Source of the DNA: a virus
Lineage: Duplodnaviria > Caudoviricetes
Virus record (IMG/VR): IMGVR_UViG_3300020508_000007
Location: 1 to 57,459 of that record
Length of the DNA: 57,459 bases
Reading direction: 5' to 3' (one strand)
The translations under genes were made by a program, and so were the position numbers. Positions 19,186-28,676 of the stretch are shown piece by piece. The notes below the pieces were generated by a model. The model did no database searches and had not been told where the DNA came from. It was given only the letters and a program-made list of their open reading frames with translations. Numbering within the stretch: the first letter of the stretch is position 1; each line of letters starts with the position of its first letter.

Positions 19186-22018
19186 ATGGCATGGTGGGAT
19201 TAAGAGCTAGTCCCAAATGATTGGTAACATTCATTTAGCAAACTTCGCTATATGCTGGAAAATCTCAGTATCTTAATTTACCATAGTGTGAAAATAATTA
19301 AGTGGAGACAATCAGCAGGCAACCTGATTTATCAGAGAGTCCTCAACGACTACATGCGAAGCAACCATTTTGGTTGATGATATAGTCTGACCTGTATGGC
19401 GACATACAGAAACTGACAGAAATGATCAGTTCCTTGCGAAAGCAAGAGTAACAATAGTGTTTTTTAAGGTCTTTTCATACGCATTTACAGACGATCCTTT
19501 ATCACGAAAAAACCGTCGTGACTATAGTGGTGCTGGTGTTTCACAAGTTGACGCAATACCAGACATTAGAGCAGGTAACGAAGGAATCTCAGGCGGATCA
19601 GGAACTGGTTCTATACGTCTTAGAGATACTAATGATTTCGTAGACTTATCGACCGTAACAAACAGAATTCATAGATACAAAGAATACGAACGCCTTCGTA
19701 ATATGCCTGAAATTGAAATGGCTATGACCGTGTTTGCTGATGAAACTTGTTTTGCAGGCAACACAAAAGTAATGACTCCTCACGGCCACAGAACTCTTAA
19801 AGATCTTGCTGAAAAAGAAAAAGATAAGTTTTTAGTGTATTGTTGGGATTTTGAAAAAGACGATTACACTCTCGGATGGGCTTACGCAGCAAGAAAAACT
19901 AAACGTGCTAAAACCGTTCGTGTGATTTTAGACAATGGAGATGATTTTGTTTGTACTCCAGATCACCGCATCTTACTAGCCGATAGTAAGTGGAAACAAG
20001 TTGCAGATTTCATCGTTGGAGATGAATTAATGCCTTTTTATCGGATTCCAGCTAGAACTGATTTTACAAACTGTAAGACTCAGCAATTTCCAAGGATCTA
20101 CACAAAAACCCATGGTTGGATTCACGAACGACAGTTTGTTGATGAATGGCGTACAGGCAAAGTGCCAGAAGAACTTCAAACCGTCAATCGTTATTGTCGC
20201 ATGATCGCTGAAGGTTTGAGCGTAAGGCAAATTACTGAAATGACTGGAAATGATTTTGCAACTGTCAGAAACCGAATGAAGAAACATGGATTTTCTAACC
20301 AAGAAATGAAATGGTTGGGAGCAAAATCAAAAACACGTCGTGTGGTTGCCGTTTTACCTCATGATGAAATAGATGTATATGATTTGACAGTTGAGAAGCA
20401 TCATAACTTTGCAACTAATTGGGGAATTGCTCACAATTGTCAAAAAGATGATGAGGGAAGAGTTTTTTCAATACAGACAAAAAATCAAGATATTAAAGAA
20501 GAATTAGAATTCTTGTTGTTCCATCGCAAAATGTTGAATTTCGATCAGAAGAAAACTTGGAACATGACAAAAACTCTATACATTCACGGAGATTTTTTCT
20601 TTGAGGTGGTCATAAATTTAGACAATCCTTCTGATGGTATTTGCAATTTGGTTCCTCTGCCTCCAGACTCCATGTATCGAATGGAAACAACAAAAGGTAA
20701 ATTACTTGAATTTCAACAGTCAAAAGAAGGTCCAGACTATCAAAGTCTTTCTCGTGTTGAAGTTACGCAAGCAACCGAAGCTGATTTGCAGCAAGCAACA
20801 GCAATTCGATTTGCTCCAGAGCAAATTGTTCATATCCGAATTGGCGATGATAGAAAAACTTTTTATCCATACGGTGTGTCTTTGATTGAATCTGCTCGTG
20901 GGCCAGCACACCAATTAAGACTCATGGAAGACGCTATGGTTGTGTATCGATTAACACGAGCACCTGAGCGTCGTGTTTTTTATATCGATGTTCAACAAAT
21001 GCCTCCCTATAAAGCAGAGGCTTTTATTGAAAGAATGAAAGATCAATTCCGTAAAAAGAAAATACCATCAGCAGGCAAGGCCCCCGGTGCGTCTTCCGTA
21101 GAAGAAAGATGGCAAGCACCAGCCGCTGATGAAGATTTCTGGATTCCAATTCGACCTAATGCCAACACTCGTGTTGAAACTCTTCCCGGTGCTCAAAATC
21201 TAGGTGAAGTAGATGATACATTGTATTTCCGAAATAAGCTTTTTACTGCTTTAAATTTCCCTAGAAATTACTTCAATAACGAAGATGTGGCCAGCACAAG
21301 AATTGCTTTGTCTGCTCAAGATGTAAAGTTTGCCAGAATGATTGAAAGATTGCAAAGCCACATTGAAGATGCTTTTTGGGAAATATGCGATAGGCATTTA
21401 CGACTCCTTGGATATCCCGAAGAAGCATACGAAGATTTAGTAATCAAAATGACTCCTCCAAGTGATTGGAGAGAACTCACTCGGGCAGAAGTTGTAACAA
21501 ATCGCTTGAATAATGCCTCCAATCTTAAAGGCTCTCAGCTAATGAGTGACTATGATATTTTGGTAGATTGGCTAAAATGCAGCGAAGAAGAAGCAAAGAA
21601 AAAATTAGCAAGATTGAAGATGCAGAAGCTTGAAGATCTCAAGTTGCAAATTATAGCTCAAAATCCAGCATTGATTGGTGTAGGATTGCCCGGACCAAAT
21701 GAAACAGAAGTGGGAACTGAGCCCGGAGGTCCAAGCCCCATGCTTGCACCGGGAACAGCACCAGAAGGAGATCCGAATGTAGCTCCTGTAAGTCCTGATA
21801 TGGGTGCTCAAGGAATGCCTTTAGGAGCAACTGGTATGCGAAAATACATGGATGTTGAAGGAGAACAAGATGGACAAAATCAAGATGTGCCCATGTCTGG
21901 CAGTGGAAATATGTTGCCAGAGCCATCTGAAGAGGATATAAAGAGATTTAATCTTGATATTCAAGACTACGAAAAAGAAATGGACGAAGAAGAAATTGAC
22001 CGTTCCGAGGAATCATGA
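19186..22018 (+). CDS. Portal protein (T4 gp20-like), join(19186..19200,19460..22018), with intein
   Basis: LMEDAMVVYRLTRAPERRVFYIDV, EDFWIP and ETLPGAQNLGE are gp20 motifs. Exon 1 MAWWD follows GAAGGAG and splices in frame to FFKVFSY. Confidence 0.92.
19201..19459 (+). mobile_element. Group I intron (259 nt, no ORF) in the portal gene
   Basis: P1 GGGAU/GUCCC with U-G at the splice site; P TATGCTGGAAA, Q AATCAGCAGG, R CTCAACGACTAC, S GATATAGTCT; terminal G19459 restores the frame. Confidence 0.9.
19748..20437 (+). mobile_element. Intein (230 aa) in the portal protein
   Basis: Starts CFAGNTKV, block B CTPDHRIL, block F VYDLTVEKHHNF, ends AHN followed by Cys. Confidence 0.93.
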
Positions 22019-22260
22019 CAAATTCACTAATATCAAACTTGCCCAAAAGTGCGATGAGAAATCGCAATAGTATCGAAAATTCTAAAGTCTGTGGATGCTA
22101 CCATTGTAAATTCATTTTCCAATCTACAAGAATTGAAGATTGGACAGATCAAGACGCAACAGCCATCTGTCCAAATTGCGGCGTAGATTCAGTCATTTCT
22201 GATTCTCAATACGTCATTACATTAGAACTTTTAGAAGAAGCACAAAAACATTGGTTTTAA
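22015..22260 (+). CDS. Small zinc-ribbon protein
   Basis: CGCYHC...TAICPNCGVDSVI. Confidence 0.75.
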   Translation: MTNSLISNLPKSAMRNRNSIENSKVCGCYHCKFIFQSTRIEDWTDQDATAICPNCGVDSVISDSQYVITLELLEEAQKHWF

Positions 22261-22261
22261 T

Positions 22262-23011
22262 CTACAAAAATAAATTAAAGTTATTTGAAGAATTTGCCCA
22301 AAGATGAATTAAATCTGGGTTTTTTATTAATTTGGCTTTGCCATGCTTGGCACAATAATACCAAGCTCTCACCCCAGTGTCAAAATACTTTTTGGTAAAA
22401 TCTACAACATTTTGCATATGAAAATTTATCTCAGTCTTGTAAATTTTTGTAAATTCTGGATCTTGTTTAAAGCCTTCATTTGAACAAACTTCAAAGTCTA
22501 AAAAATTGGTTTCTCCAATTTTCCAAACCGATGGGGTGAGATGTATGTGTCCTGTAAAATAAATACATGAACCTGCCATCCAAAAATCTTGTTGCATGGA
22601 ATCCATCAAATTCAAATACCATCGAGATCCTTTTATTACACAATCTGGCTCAACATGAACTAAATATTTGTACTTATTTGAATTTGCAAAATGCATAGCA
22701 AGATTTAAACATTTTCCATGCGACATTTTATGTGGAGTCTGTATTATATGTAAATTTTCAAATCTTTTTAAATGCCGTCTTTCAATTTCGCATTGCGTAA
22801 TTCCATTTTTTACAGGCTGTCCTAATGAATTGCTACATGACGAAAAACTCTTGGTTCGTTGCTCTGAATCGCTTATTGATGGATTGTTATCCATAACAAG
22901 AATATCTGCATCTTGAGTATATTTCAATAAAGATCTAATACAGCTTTGTGTCCAGCCATTTGAAAAGTAAGAGACTAAAACTAATAAAGTTTCTGAACGG
23001 AACTTAAACAT
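22262..23011 (-). CDS. Glycosyltransferase, GT2-like (GT-A fold)
   Basis: CIRSLLKY, ILVMDNN, SHGKCLN and VEPDC motifs. Confidence 0.7.
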   Translation of the reverse strand: MFKFRSETLLVLVSYFSNGWTQSCIRSLLKYTQDADILVMDNNPSISDSEQRTKSFSSCSNSLGQPVKNGITQCEIERRHLKRFENLHIIQTPHKMSHGKCLNLAMHFANSNKYKYLVHVEPDCVIKGSRWYLNLMDSMQQDFWMAGSCIYFTGHIHLTPSVWKIGETNFLDFEVCSNEGFKQDPEFTKIYKTEINFHMQNVVDFTKKYFDTGVRAWYYCAKHGKAKLIKNPDLIHLWANSSNNFNLFL

Positions 23012-23370
23012 TACTCTTGTTCGCCCATATTGTTATATCCACTATCAGCAGATGATGGCACAATTTCGTCGAAGTTTGGTGAATGCTTAGGCTTTAGAGA
23101 CAATTTAGGAACGCTATTTCGATCTAATTTTTTGATTAAATTAGATATCTCTGCATCACCTCGACGAGACATAGTTTGAAAAAAATCCATAGTTTCTTCT
23201 GGATATTTTCTCATAATTATTTTGAATAACTCTACTTCTGTCCTGTCCTGATCTTCTGCAAAATCACTGTCATTATCCTTGTTAAAATTGTATTTTTCTA
23301 CAGGATTGTCATTGTCAGCCAACCCCTCTTTGTAGTGTTTCTTCTTGAGCCAATCTTTAAACATCGACAT
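23011..23370 (-). CDS. Small protein with capsid-targeting-like N-terminus
   Basis: Begins MSMFKDWLKKKHYKE. Confidence 0.65.
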   Translation of the reverse strand: MSMFKDWLKKKHYKEGLADNDNPVEKYNFNKDNDSDFAEDQDRTEVELFKIIMRKYPEETMDFFQTMSRRGDAEISNLIKKLDRNSVPKLSLKPKHSPNFDEIVPSSADSGYNNMGEQE

Positions 23371-23538
23371 TTAATGCCTCTTTCTTAACAAAAAATACTA
23401 AGCTCTGCATAACTAGACTTATAGTAGGCAGCAAGTATCTATCACACTCGACCCAAATTCGAGCAATTTTGGGTAAATACAAGCAAAAGCTGTAGTGCTT
23501 TGGGTGCCAAACAAAATAGAAGTCGAGGAGTTAAAAAC

Positions 23539-25407
23539 ATGAGAAGAAAACTCATCAAACAGGATGCCTTCGATAGAATCATCAGCGAATCCGTTACTAC
23601 GGCTGAGCGAGAGTTGGTTGAAGTTGAACCGATTTTAGCACGGGCAATGGGTAAGGATTTCCTTAGCCTTAAGTCTTTCACTGAGTCCACATGCCTTTAT
23701 GAGACTCACCAAGGAACTTATGTCCATGCTGGTTATGAATTCAAGAACGGTCAGATCACCTTCAACAATGTCGAAGAATTAGTAATTGACGAATCATCTC
23801 AAATAGAAAAGCGTAAAGCTATTCTTTCTGACATGATTGATGCCGTTCTAGTAGATGACGCTGCAAAAGCTAACGGTTTATTCGAAGGCTATTTGGGCAT
23901 GGTTCGCTGGAACGAATCTAAAGAAAACAAAAAAGAACTGCCTGCTTTCTTAAAGAAAAAGGGCAAAAAGGATGAAGACGGCGAAGATGAAGAAAAAGAT
24001 CTTCCTCCTTTCATGAAGAAAAAAGACAAGAAAGAAGACAAGCTACCTGCCTTCCTTAAAAAAGGTAAGGACAAAAAGGATAGCAAGAAGCACGACGAAG
24101 AAAAGAAAAATCATTTGTTCAAGAAGGCTAAGAAGGCTGGCAAAGACATTGCTGAAGCTTATATGACTTCACAAAATGTTCTCGACTATGTTGAGTTCAT
24201 GAAGATCGGTCCAACTTTGGCAGAAGCTGCAACAAAGGTTGATGAACAAGGAAATCTTACCGACATTCGCATTCCATCCCGTGCTCTTCGCAATGAAGCC
24301 AAACTCCAACGTTTCGATTGGAAGGTTCTCAATGCTAAAGCCATGGATTGCCGCAAGAAGATCCCATACTTCTGCGAAAGTCAAGACTTCTGCAAAGCTA
24401 TTGTGCAATTGAAGCGTCAAAACGCTTTCAGTGACGCTCAAGGTCTTGAAGAAGCTTTGGATCACATCGTTAAGAATTTCCCAGAGATTCTTTATGCAAC
24501 TCAATCTGAAGTAGCTCAGATTGTTGCTGAGGCTCTCAACATAGCTAACATCACCAATTTTGATGATGAAACCTGTGAGTTCATGGCTGAAGGAATTCTT
24601 CGCAAAGCACACAGTGCTTACACCGAAAGAGTTGCTCAACTTCTCCACTTGGCTTCCGCACCAAAAATGCAAGAAGGCACCGATGCTTATGCTCACTTCC
24701 AAAGTGTAGTTGAAGGTTTCTTCCCAGCTTTGGATGAGAAGTTTGGTCTGGAACGCAAAGTTTTTGCAGATCTCTATGAATCCATCGACGCTGTTTACGC
24801 AAAGGCTAATCGCCGAGGCGACAACGCTACTAAGAATGAAGCTGCATCCTATCTAAACGATTTGGCCGCTGTTCTTAATGAGCAAGTTAAGCCTGAATTA
24901 GCTCTCGCAGAAGATGCCGCTGAATTCCTAGCAAACATTATTGAAACCAATTTGGAATCTGGTGTTTGGGTTGTAAGCAACACACCTCACATGACCGTTA
25001 ATGGCGACCACCCTGATATGGCTAAGAAAGCTGCTCACGGCTACTCTCCTTCCAAGGACTTTAGCGGTAATTACGGCGATCCACTTCCTGCTATCGGTAG
25101 CGATGACATGAAGTATAAGGGCGGAAAACATGCTAAGGACATGCGTCACAAAGGCTGGGGACAAGAAGGCGGAAACGAAGTCTTCCCAAGCTTAACAAAT
25201 CCATACATTCCTAAGCCTTTTGGTGATTACACAATGAAGGGCGAAATGGGAGTAGATAAGAGCAACAGTGGACTGTCACTCGATTCTTCAAGCGATACTT
25301 GGCCAAACTTAAAGAACCCATACCTTCCTAAAGAAGCGGGTGCTACAGGTGGCAAAGGTCACAAAATGAAGAATGGTAAGGACACCGATTTGGTAGTAGA
25401 CCGCTAA
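23539..25407 (+). CDS. Probable prohead core protein
   Basis: GAGGAG before ATG 23539; first gene of the protease-scaffold-capsid operon; K/D/E-rich insert. Function inferred from position. Confidence 0.6.
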   Translation: MRRKLIKQDAFDRIISESVTTAERELVEVEPILARAMGKDFLSLKSFTESTCLYETHQGTYVHAGYEFKNGQITFNNVEELVIDESSQIEKRKAILSDMIDAVLVDDAAKANGLFEGYLGMVRWNESKENKKELPAFLKKKGKKDEDGEDEEKDLPPFMKKKDKKEDKLPAFLKKGKDKKDSKKHDEEKKNHLFKKAKKAGKDIAEAYMTSQNVLDYVEFMKIGPTLAEAATKVDEQGNLTDIRIPSRALRNEAKLQRFDWKVLNAKAMDCRKKIPYFCESQDFCKAIVQLKRQNAFSDAQGLEEALDHIVKNFPEILYATQSEVAQIVAEALNIANITNFDDETCEFMAEGILRKAHSAYTERVAQLLHLASAPKMQEGTDAYAHFQSVVEGFFPALDEKFGLERKVFADLYESIDAVYAKANRRGDNATKNEAASYLNDLAAVLNEQVKPELALAEDAAEFLANIIETNLESGVWVVSNTPHMTVNGDHPDMAKKAAHGYSPSKDFSGNYGDPLPAIGSDDMKYKGGKHAKDMRHKGWGQEGGNEVFPSLTNPYIPKPFGDYTMKGEMGVDKSNSGLSLDSSSDTWPNLKNPYLPKEAGATGGKGHKMKNGKDTDLVVDR

Positions 25408-25431
25408 TTTTTAATTAAGGAGCAAAAACAC

Positions 25432-26139
25432 ATGGATCAGATGTTACTCATCGACTGCTGTGGTGGCTCCGGTTTCGAACTACAACTTAGTGAGTCAAAT
25501 GTCTCATCAAGAGGCGGACTCACTAAGTTTCGTGGTAAATTCCAAGAAGCCGAAGCAATAAACAAAAACAAGCGAATGTATCCGTATGATGTCCTTAACG
25601 AAAATATCGGTCGTCTTCAGGAAGCGATCAGTGATCGCAGACTGGTTGGCGAATTGGACCACCCATCGGATTCAATTATCCACTTCGCTAATACCTCTCA
25701 CGTAGTTACTAAATTATGGTGGGATGGTAATGTCCTCATGGGCGAGGGCGAAATCCTAAATACACCATCTGGAATGATTCTTAAGAGTCTTATAGATGGT
25801 GGTGTGAAAGTTGGAATTAGTTCAAGAGGAGTAGGAAACGGAAAGGTGAACGAAGATGGCATCCTTGTCATTGGTGAAAGCTATAAGCTCATTACCTTCG
25901 ACGCTGTTGCCGATCCTAGCACTTTTGCTGCGTTCCAAGAAAAAGTCGTCTCTAAAGATGAAAGCTTCAATGTTCAAGCGACTAAACAATATGTTCATAA
26001 TAAACAACAGAATTCTAATAAATCTGCTGCTAAAAATGAAAGCGTTGGCATAGATAACGTGAACAAAGAATTATTGATCGCTTTTCTAGGCGGCTTTGTG
26101 AAATCTCAAACAGAGAAATTTAAGTCGAGGTTAGGCTAA
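25432..26139 (+). CDS. Prohead protease (T4 gp21-like)
   Basis: NKNKRMY, GELDHP, GISSRGVG and DAVADPS motifs. Confidence 0.93.
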   Translation: MDQMLLIDCCGGSGFELQLSESNVSSRGGLTKFRGKFQEAEAINKNKRMYPYDVLNENIGRLQEAISDRRLVGELDHPSDSIIHFANTSHVVTKLWWDGNVLMGEGEILNTPSGMILKSLIDGGVKVGISSRGVGNGKVNEDGILVIGESYKLITFDAVADPSTFAAFQEKVVSKDESFNVQATKQYVHNKQQNSNKSAAKNESVGIDNVNKELLIAFLGGFVKSQTEKFKSRLG

Positions 26140-27038
26140 TGGACAAAATCATAGAAGCATTGAAGAAAGTACTTCCTGCTGAGCACGTAAATGAGGTTGC
26201 CAAGGCTGTCGAAGAGATGATGGCTGAAAACGTCTCTGCTCTTGAAGCTGAATACCAGAACAAACTGGAAGAGGCTTACGAGCAAATCGCTGAAGAGCGT
26301 AAGACGGATGAAGCTGTTGCTGAAACAGGCTACCAACAAGCTTACGAAATCATTCAATCGTTGATGACTCGATTGGATGAACAGCGTGAAGAATTTGAAA
26401 ACGCCCTCGAAGAGGGCTTTGAAGAAGCTTATAACGAGCTTCAAAAAGAAAAAGGTCGCAATCAAAATCTCGAAGTCGAGATTTATGAAGAAGCAACCTC
26501 TAAACTCCAAGAGATGAAAAGTCTCATGGTCGATAAATTAGATCAATTCTTGGCTCTGCAAGAGTCAGATATGTACGAGTCTGCTAAGCGTGATGTGTTG
26601 AGCGATCCACGTATTCTAGAACAACGTGTTGCTATCGAAAAGATGGCTGAACTGTTGAGCGATTATATGGGTGGCGATTCCGTCAATGGAGTGTCTTCTT
26701 CCAAGATTGAAGAAATGTCGAAACAAATTGAAGCCTTAAGAGGCCAAATGAGAATCATTGAAGCTAAGAACGTCCGACTTGCTACTCAGAACAACAAACT
26801 GAGCGAACAAGTACGTGAAGCCCATGATGTCATCACTGAAGCTACTAAGGTCGAAAGAACGAATAGAGCAAGCAAGAGAGAGAATGCAAGTGGGCGTGGA
26901 CAAAGAGTTGTGAACGAGCAAATCATCAGTGAATATGCCGCTCCAACTAACAACAAATCAGCACAAGAGACTGACCTCCGTGAAGGTCATGACCCTCTAG
27001 CTGATCTTCTGGTTCTCTCTGGATTAGAACAATCCTAA
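26139..27038 (+). CDS. Prohead scaffold protein (gp22-like)
   Basis: E-rich coiled coil between protease and capsid genes. Confidence 0.75.
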   Translation: MDKIIEALKKVLPAEHVNEVAKAVEEMMAENVSALEAEYQNKLEEAYEQIAEERKTDEAVAETGYQQAYEIIQSLMTRLDEQREEFENALEEGFEEAYNELQKEKGRNQNLEVEIYEEATSKLQEMKSLMVDKLDQFLALQESDMYESAKRDVLSDPRILEQRVAIEKMAELLSDYMGGDSVNGVSSSKIEEMSKQIEALRGQMRIIEAKNVRLATQNNKLSEQVREAHDVITEATKVERTNRASKRENASGRGQRVVNEQIISEYAAPTNNKSAQETDLREGHDPLADLLVLSGLEQS

Positions 27039-27079
27039 GAACTTAATCGAACTCATTTTTAAAGGAAAAGAGGACATAA

Positions 27080-28525
27080 ATGAACGCACGTTTCCTCAAC
27101 GAAGCTCGTGAGATCGAGACCAGATGGTCTAAGCCACTTCGTAACGGCAAGTCAATGCTTGATGGCATTACTGATCGCTACGAAAGAGCAACTGCCGCTG
27201 TTCTCCTCGAAAATCAACGTCTCTTGAATGAGACCATGACCGATACTGGCGATATTTCTCAATTCAAGAGAATCGCTATTCCATTGGTCCGTCGTATTTA
27301 CCCACAATTGATCGCTAACAAGATCGTATCTGTTCAGCCTTTGTTGGGTCCAACCGGTTTGGTTTACTACCTCCGCTTCCGCTACTCTTCAAACAAGGGT
27401 GCTATGCGTGGTGCAGACCTAAACAGCGGATTCCCAAGTGATGACCGTACATCGCTCCAACAATTGGCAAGCGGTGATGGTAACTTGGACATCTATTACA
27501 CACACCAATTCGTTCAAAACGAGACCAGCAGCACCGACGCAGGTGGAGACACCACTTCGGTTTTTGCTCCTCTTGAGCACACCCCAGTTTTGGCTGGCAC
27601 TATGACCGGTACTGTCTATGACGGTGCTGTCGCTGTCCAAACCTTCGTTGTTGCTGAAAACGGCACTTTCACCTTCACCGATATCGGAACCCCAACCAAT
27701 AAGGCTACTGGCGGTACCCTCGATCTCGTAACAGGCGAAATGACCCTCACTTGGAATAACGATCCGGGTGCTAACAATGTTGTTTGCTCATATGAGTACA
27801 ACATGGAATGCAACCAAGATTTGCCAGAAGTAAATCTCGTTATCGAATCAGAAGAAATCGCAGCTAAGACTCGTAAGCTCAAAGCAGCTTGGTCATATGA
27901 AGCTCAACAAGATCTTCGTAGCCAGCACAGCCTCGATGCTGAAGCTGAACTTACCGCAGTTCTTGCACAAGAAATCAACTTGGAAATCGACCGTGAAGTT
28001 CTCAGTGACTTGAGAAACAACGCAGGTACCGTTGCTGTGTGGGATTTCAACACCGCTCTGGGCGATACCATCAAGGAAAAATATGAAAGCCTTTATGTTA
28101 AGGTTGTCGAAGTTTCCAACGTTGTTCACCGTAAGACCCTCCGTGGTGGTTGCAACTGGCTTGTTACCTCTCCTGAAGTTGCCTCCGTGTTCGAAACAGC
28201 GACCGCTGGTTTCGCTCCCGCTCCTTCCGAAGGTTTCACCGCTAGCCTCGGCATCCAGTACGTCGGAACCATCAACAACAGATGGAGATTGTACAAAGAT
28301 CCATTGTTCCCACAAGGTCAAATCCTCATGGGTTACAAGGGCGATTCCTACATGGATAGCGGCTATTTCTACATGCCTTATGTTCCACTTACTCAAACTC
28401 CAGTTGTTCTCGATCCAGAGAGCTTCTGTCCACGTAAGGGTATTTTGACCCGATACGGCAAGAAATTGCTCCGTGAAGGTGCTAAGTTCTACGCAAGAAT
28501 GTCGATTGCTAATTTCATCGTGTAA
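27080..28525 (+). CDS. Major capsid protein (T4 gp23-like)
   Basis: LLENQ, IPLVRR, VQPLLGPTGLVYYLR, KTRKLKAAWSYEAQQDL, EIDRE, YMPYVPL and TRYG motifs. Confidence 0.96.
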   Translation: MNARFLNEAREIETRWSKPLRNGKSMLDGITDRYERATAAVLLENQRLLNETMTDTGDISQFKRIAIPLVRRIYPQLIANKIVSVQPLLGPTGLVYYLRFRYSSNKGAMRGADLNSGFPSDDRTSLQQLASGDGNLDIYYTHQFVQNETSSTDAGGDTTSVFAPLEHTPVLAGTMTGTVYDGAVAVQTFVVAENGTFTFTDIGTPTNKATGGTLDLVTGEMTLTWNNDPGANNVVCSYEYNMECNQDLPEVNLVIESEEIAAKTRKLKAAWSYEAQQDLRSQHSLDAEAELTAVLAQEINLEIDREVLSDLRNNAGTVAVWDFNTALGDTIKEKYESLYVKVVEVSNVVHRKTLRGGCNWLVTSPEVASVFETATAGFAPAPSEGFTASLGIQYVGTINNRWRLYKDPLFPQGQILMGYKGDSYMDSGYFYMPYVPLTQTPVVLDPESFCPRKGILTRYGKKLLREGAKFYARMSIANFIV

Positions 28526-28561
28526 CGGAAATCCTTGCCAAGCAAGAAGTTACGATCATAC

Positions 28562-28603
28562 AAAAAAAAGAAACCCGACCAGAAATGGTCGGGTTTCTTT
28601 TTT
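28562..28603 (+). terminator. Strong terminator after the capsid gene
   Basis: GAAACCCGACCA-GAAA-TGGTCGGGTTTC flanked by A and T runs. Confidence 0.9.
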
Positions 28604-28676
28604 GCTAATAAATATATTTCTGCTCTTGCAATGGGTTTATTACTTCTGTATCATAAATATACAGGAGACATTAACT

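Noticed and set aside
19457-19459. GTG start codon for the portal
   Set aside because: Weak SD context, and it lies within the intron 3' end; the SD and ATG at 19186 splice in frame.
28473-28676. N-terminal extension of the 587-aa ORF
   Set aside because: Overlaps the capsid gene end and crosses its terminator; ATG 28677 has an SD site.
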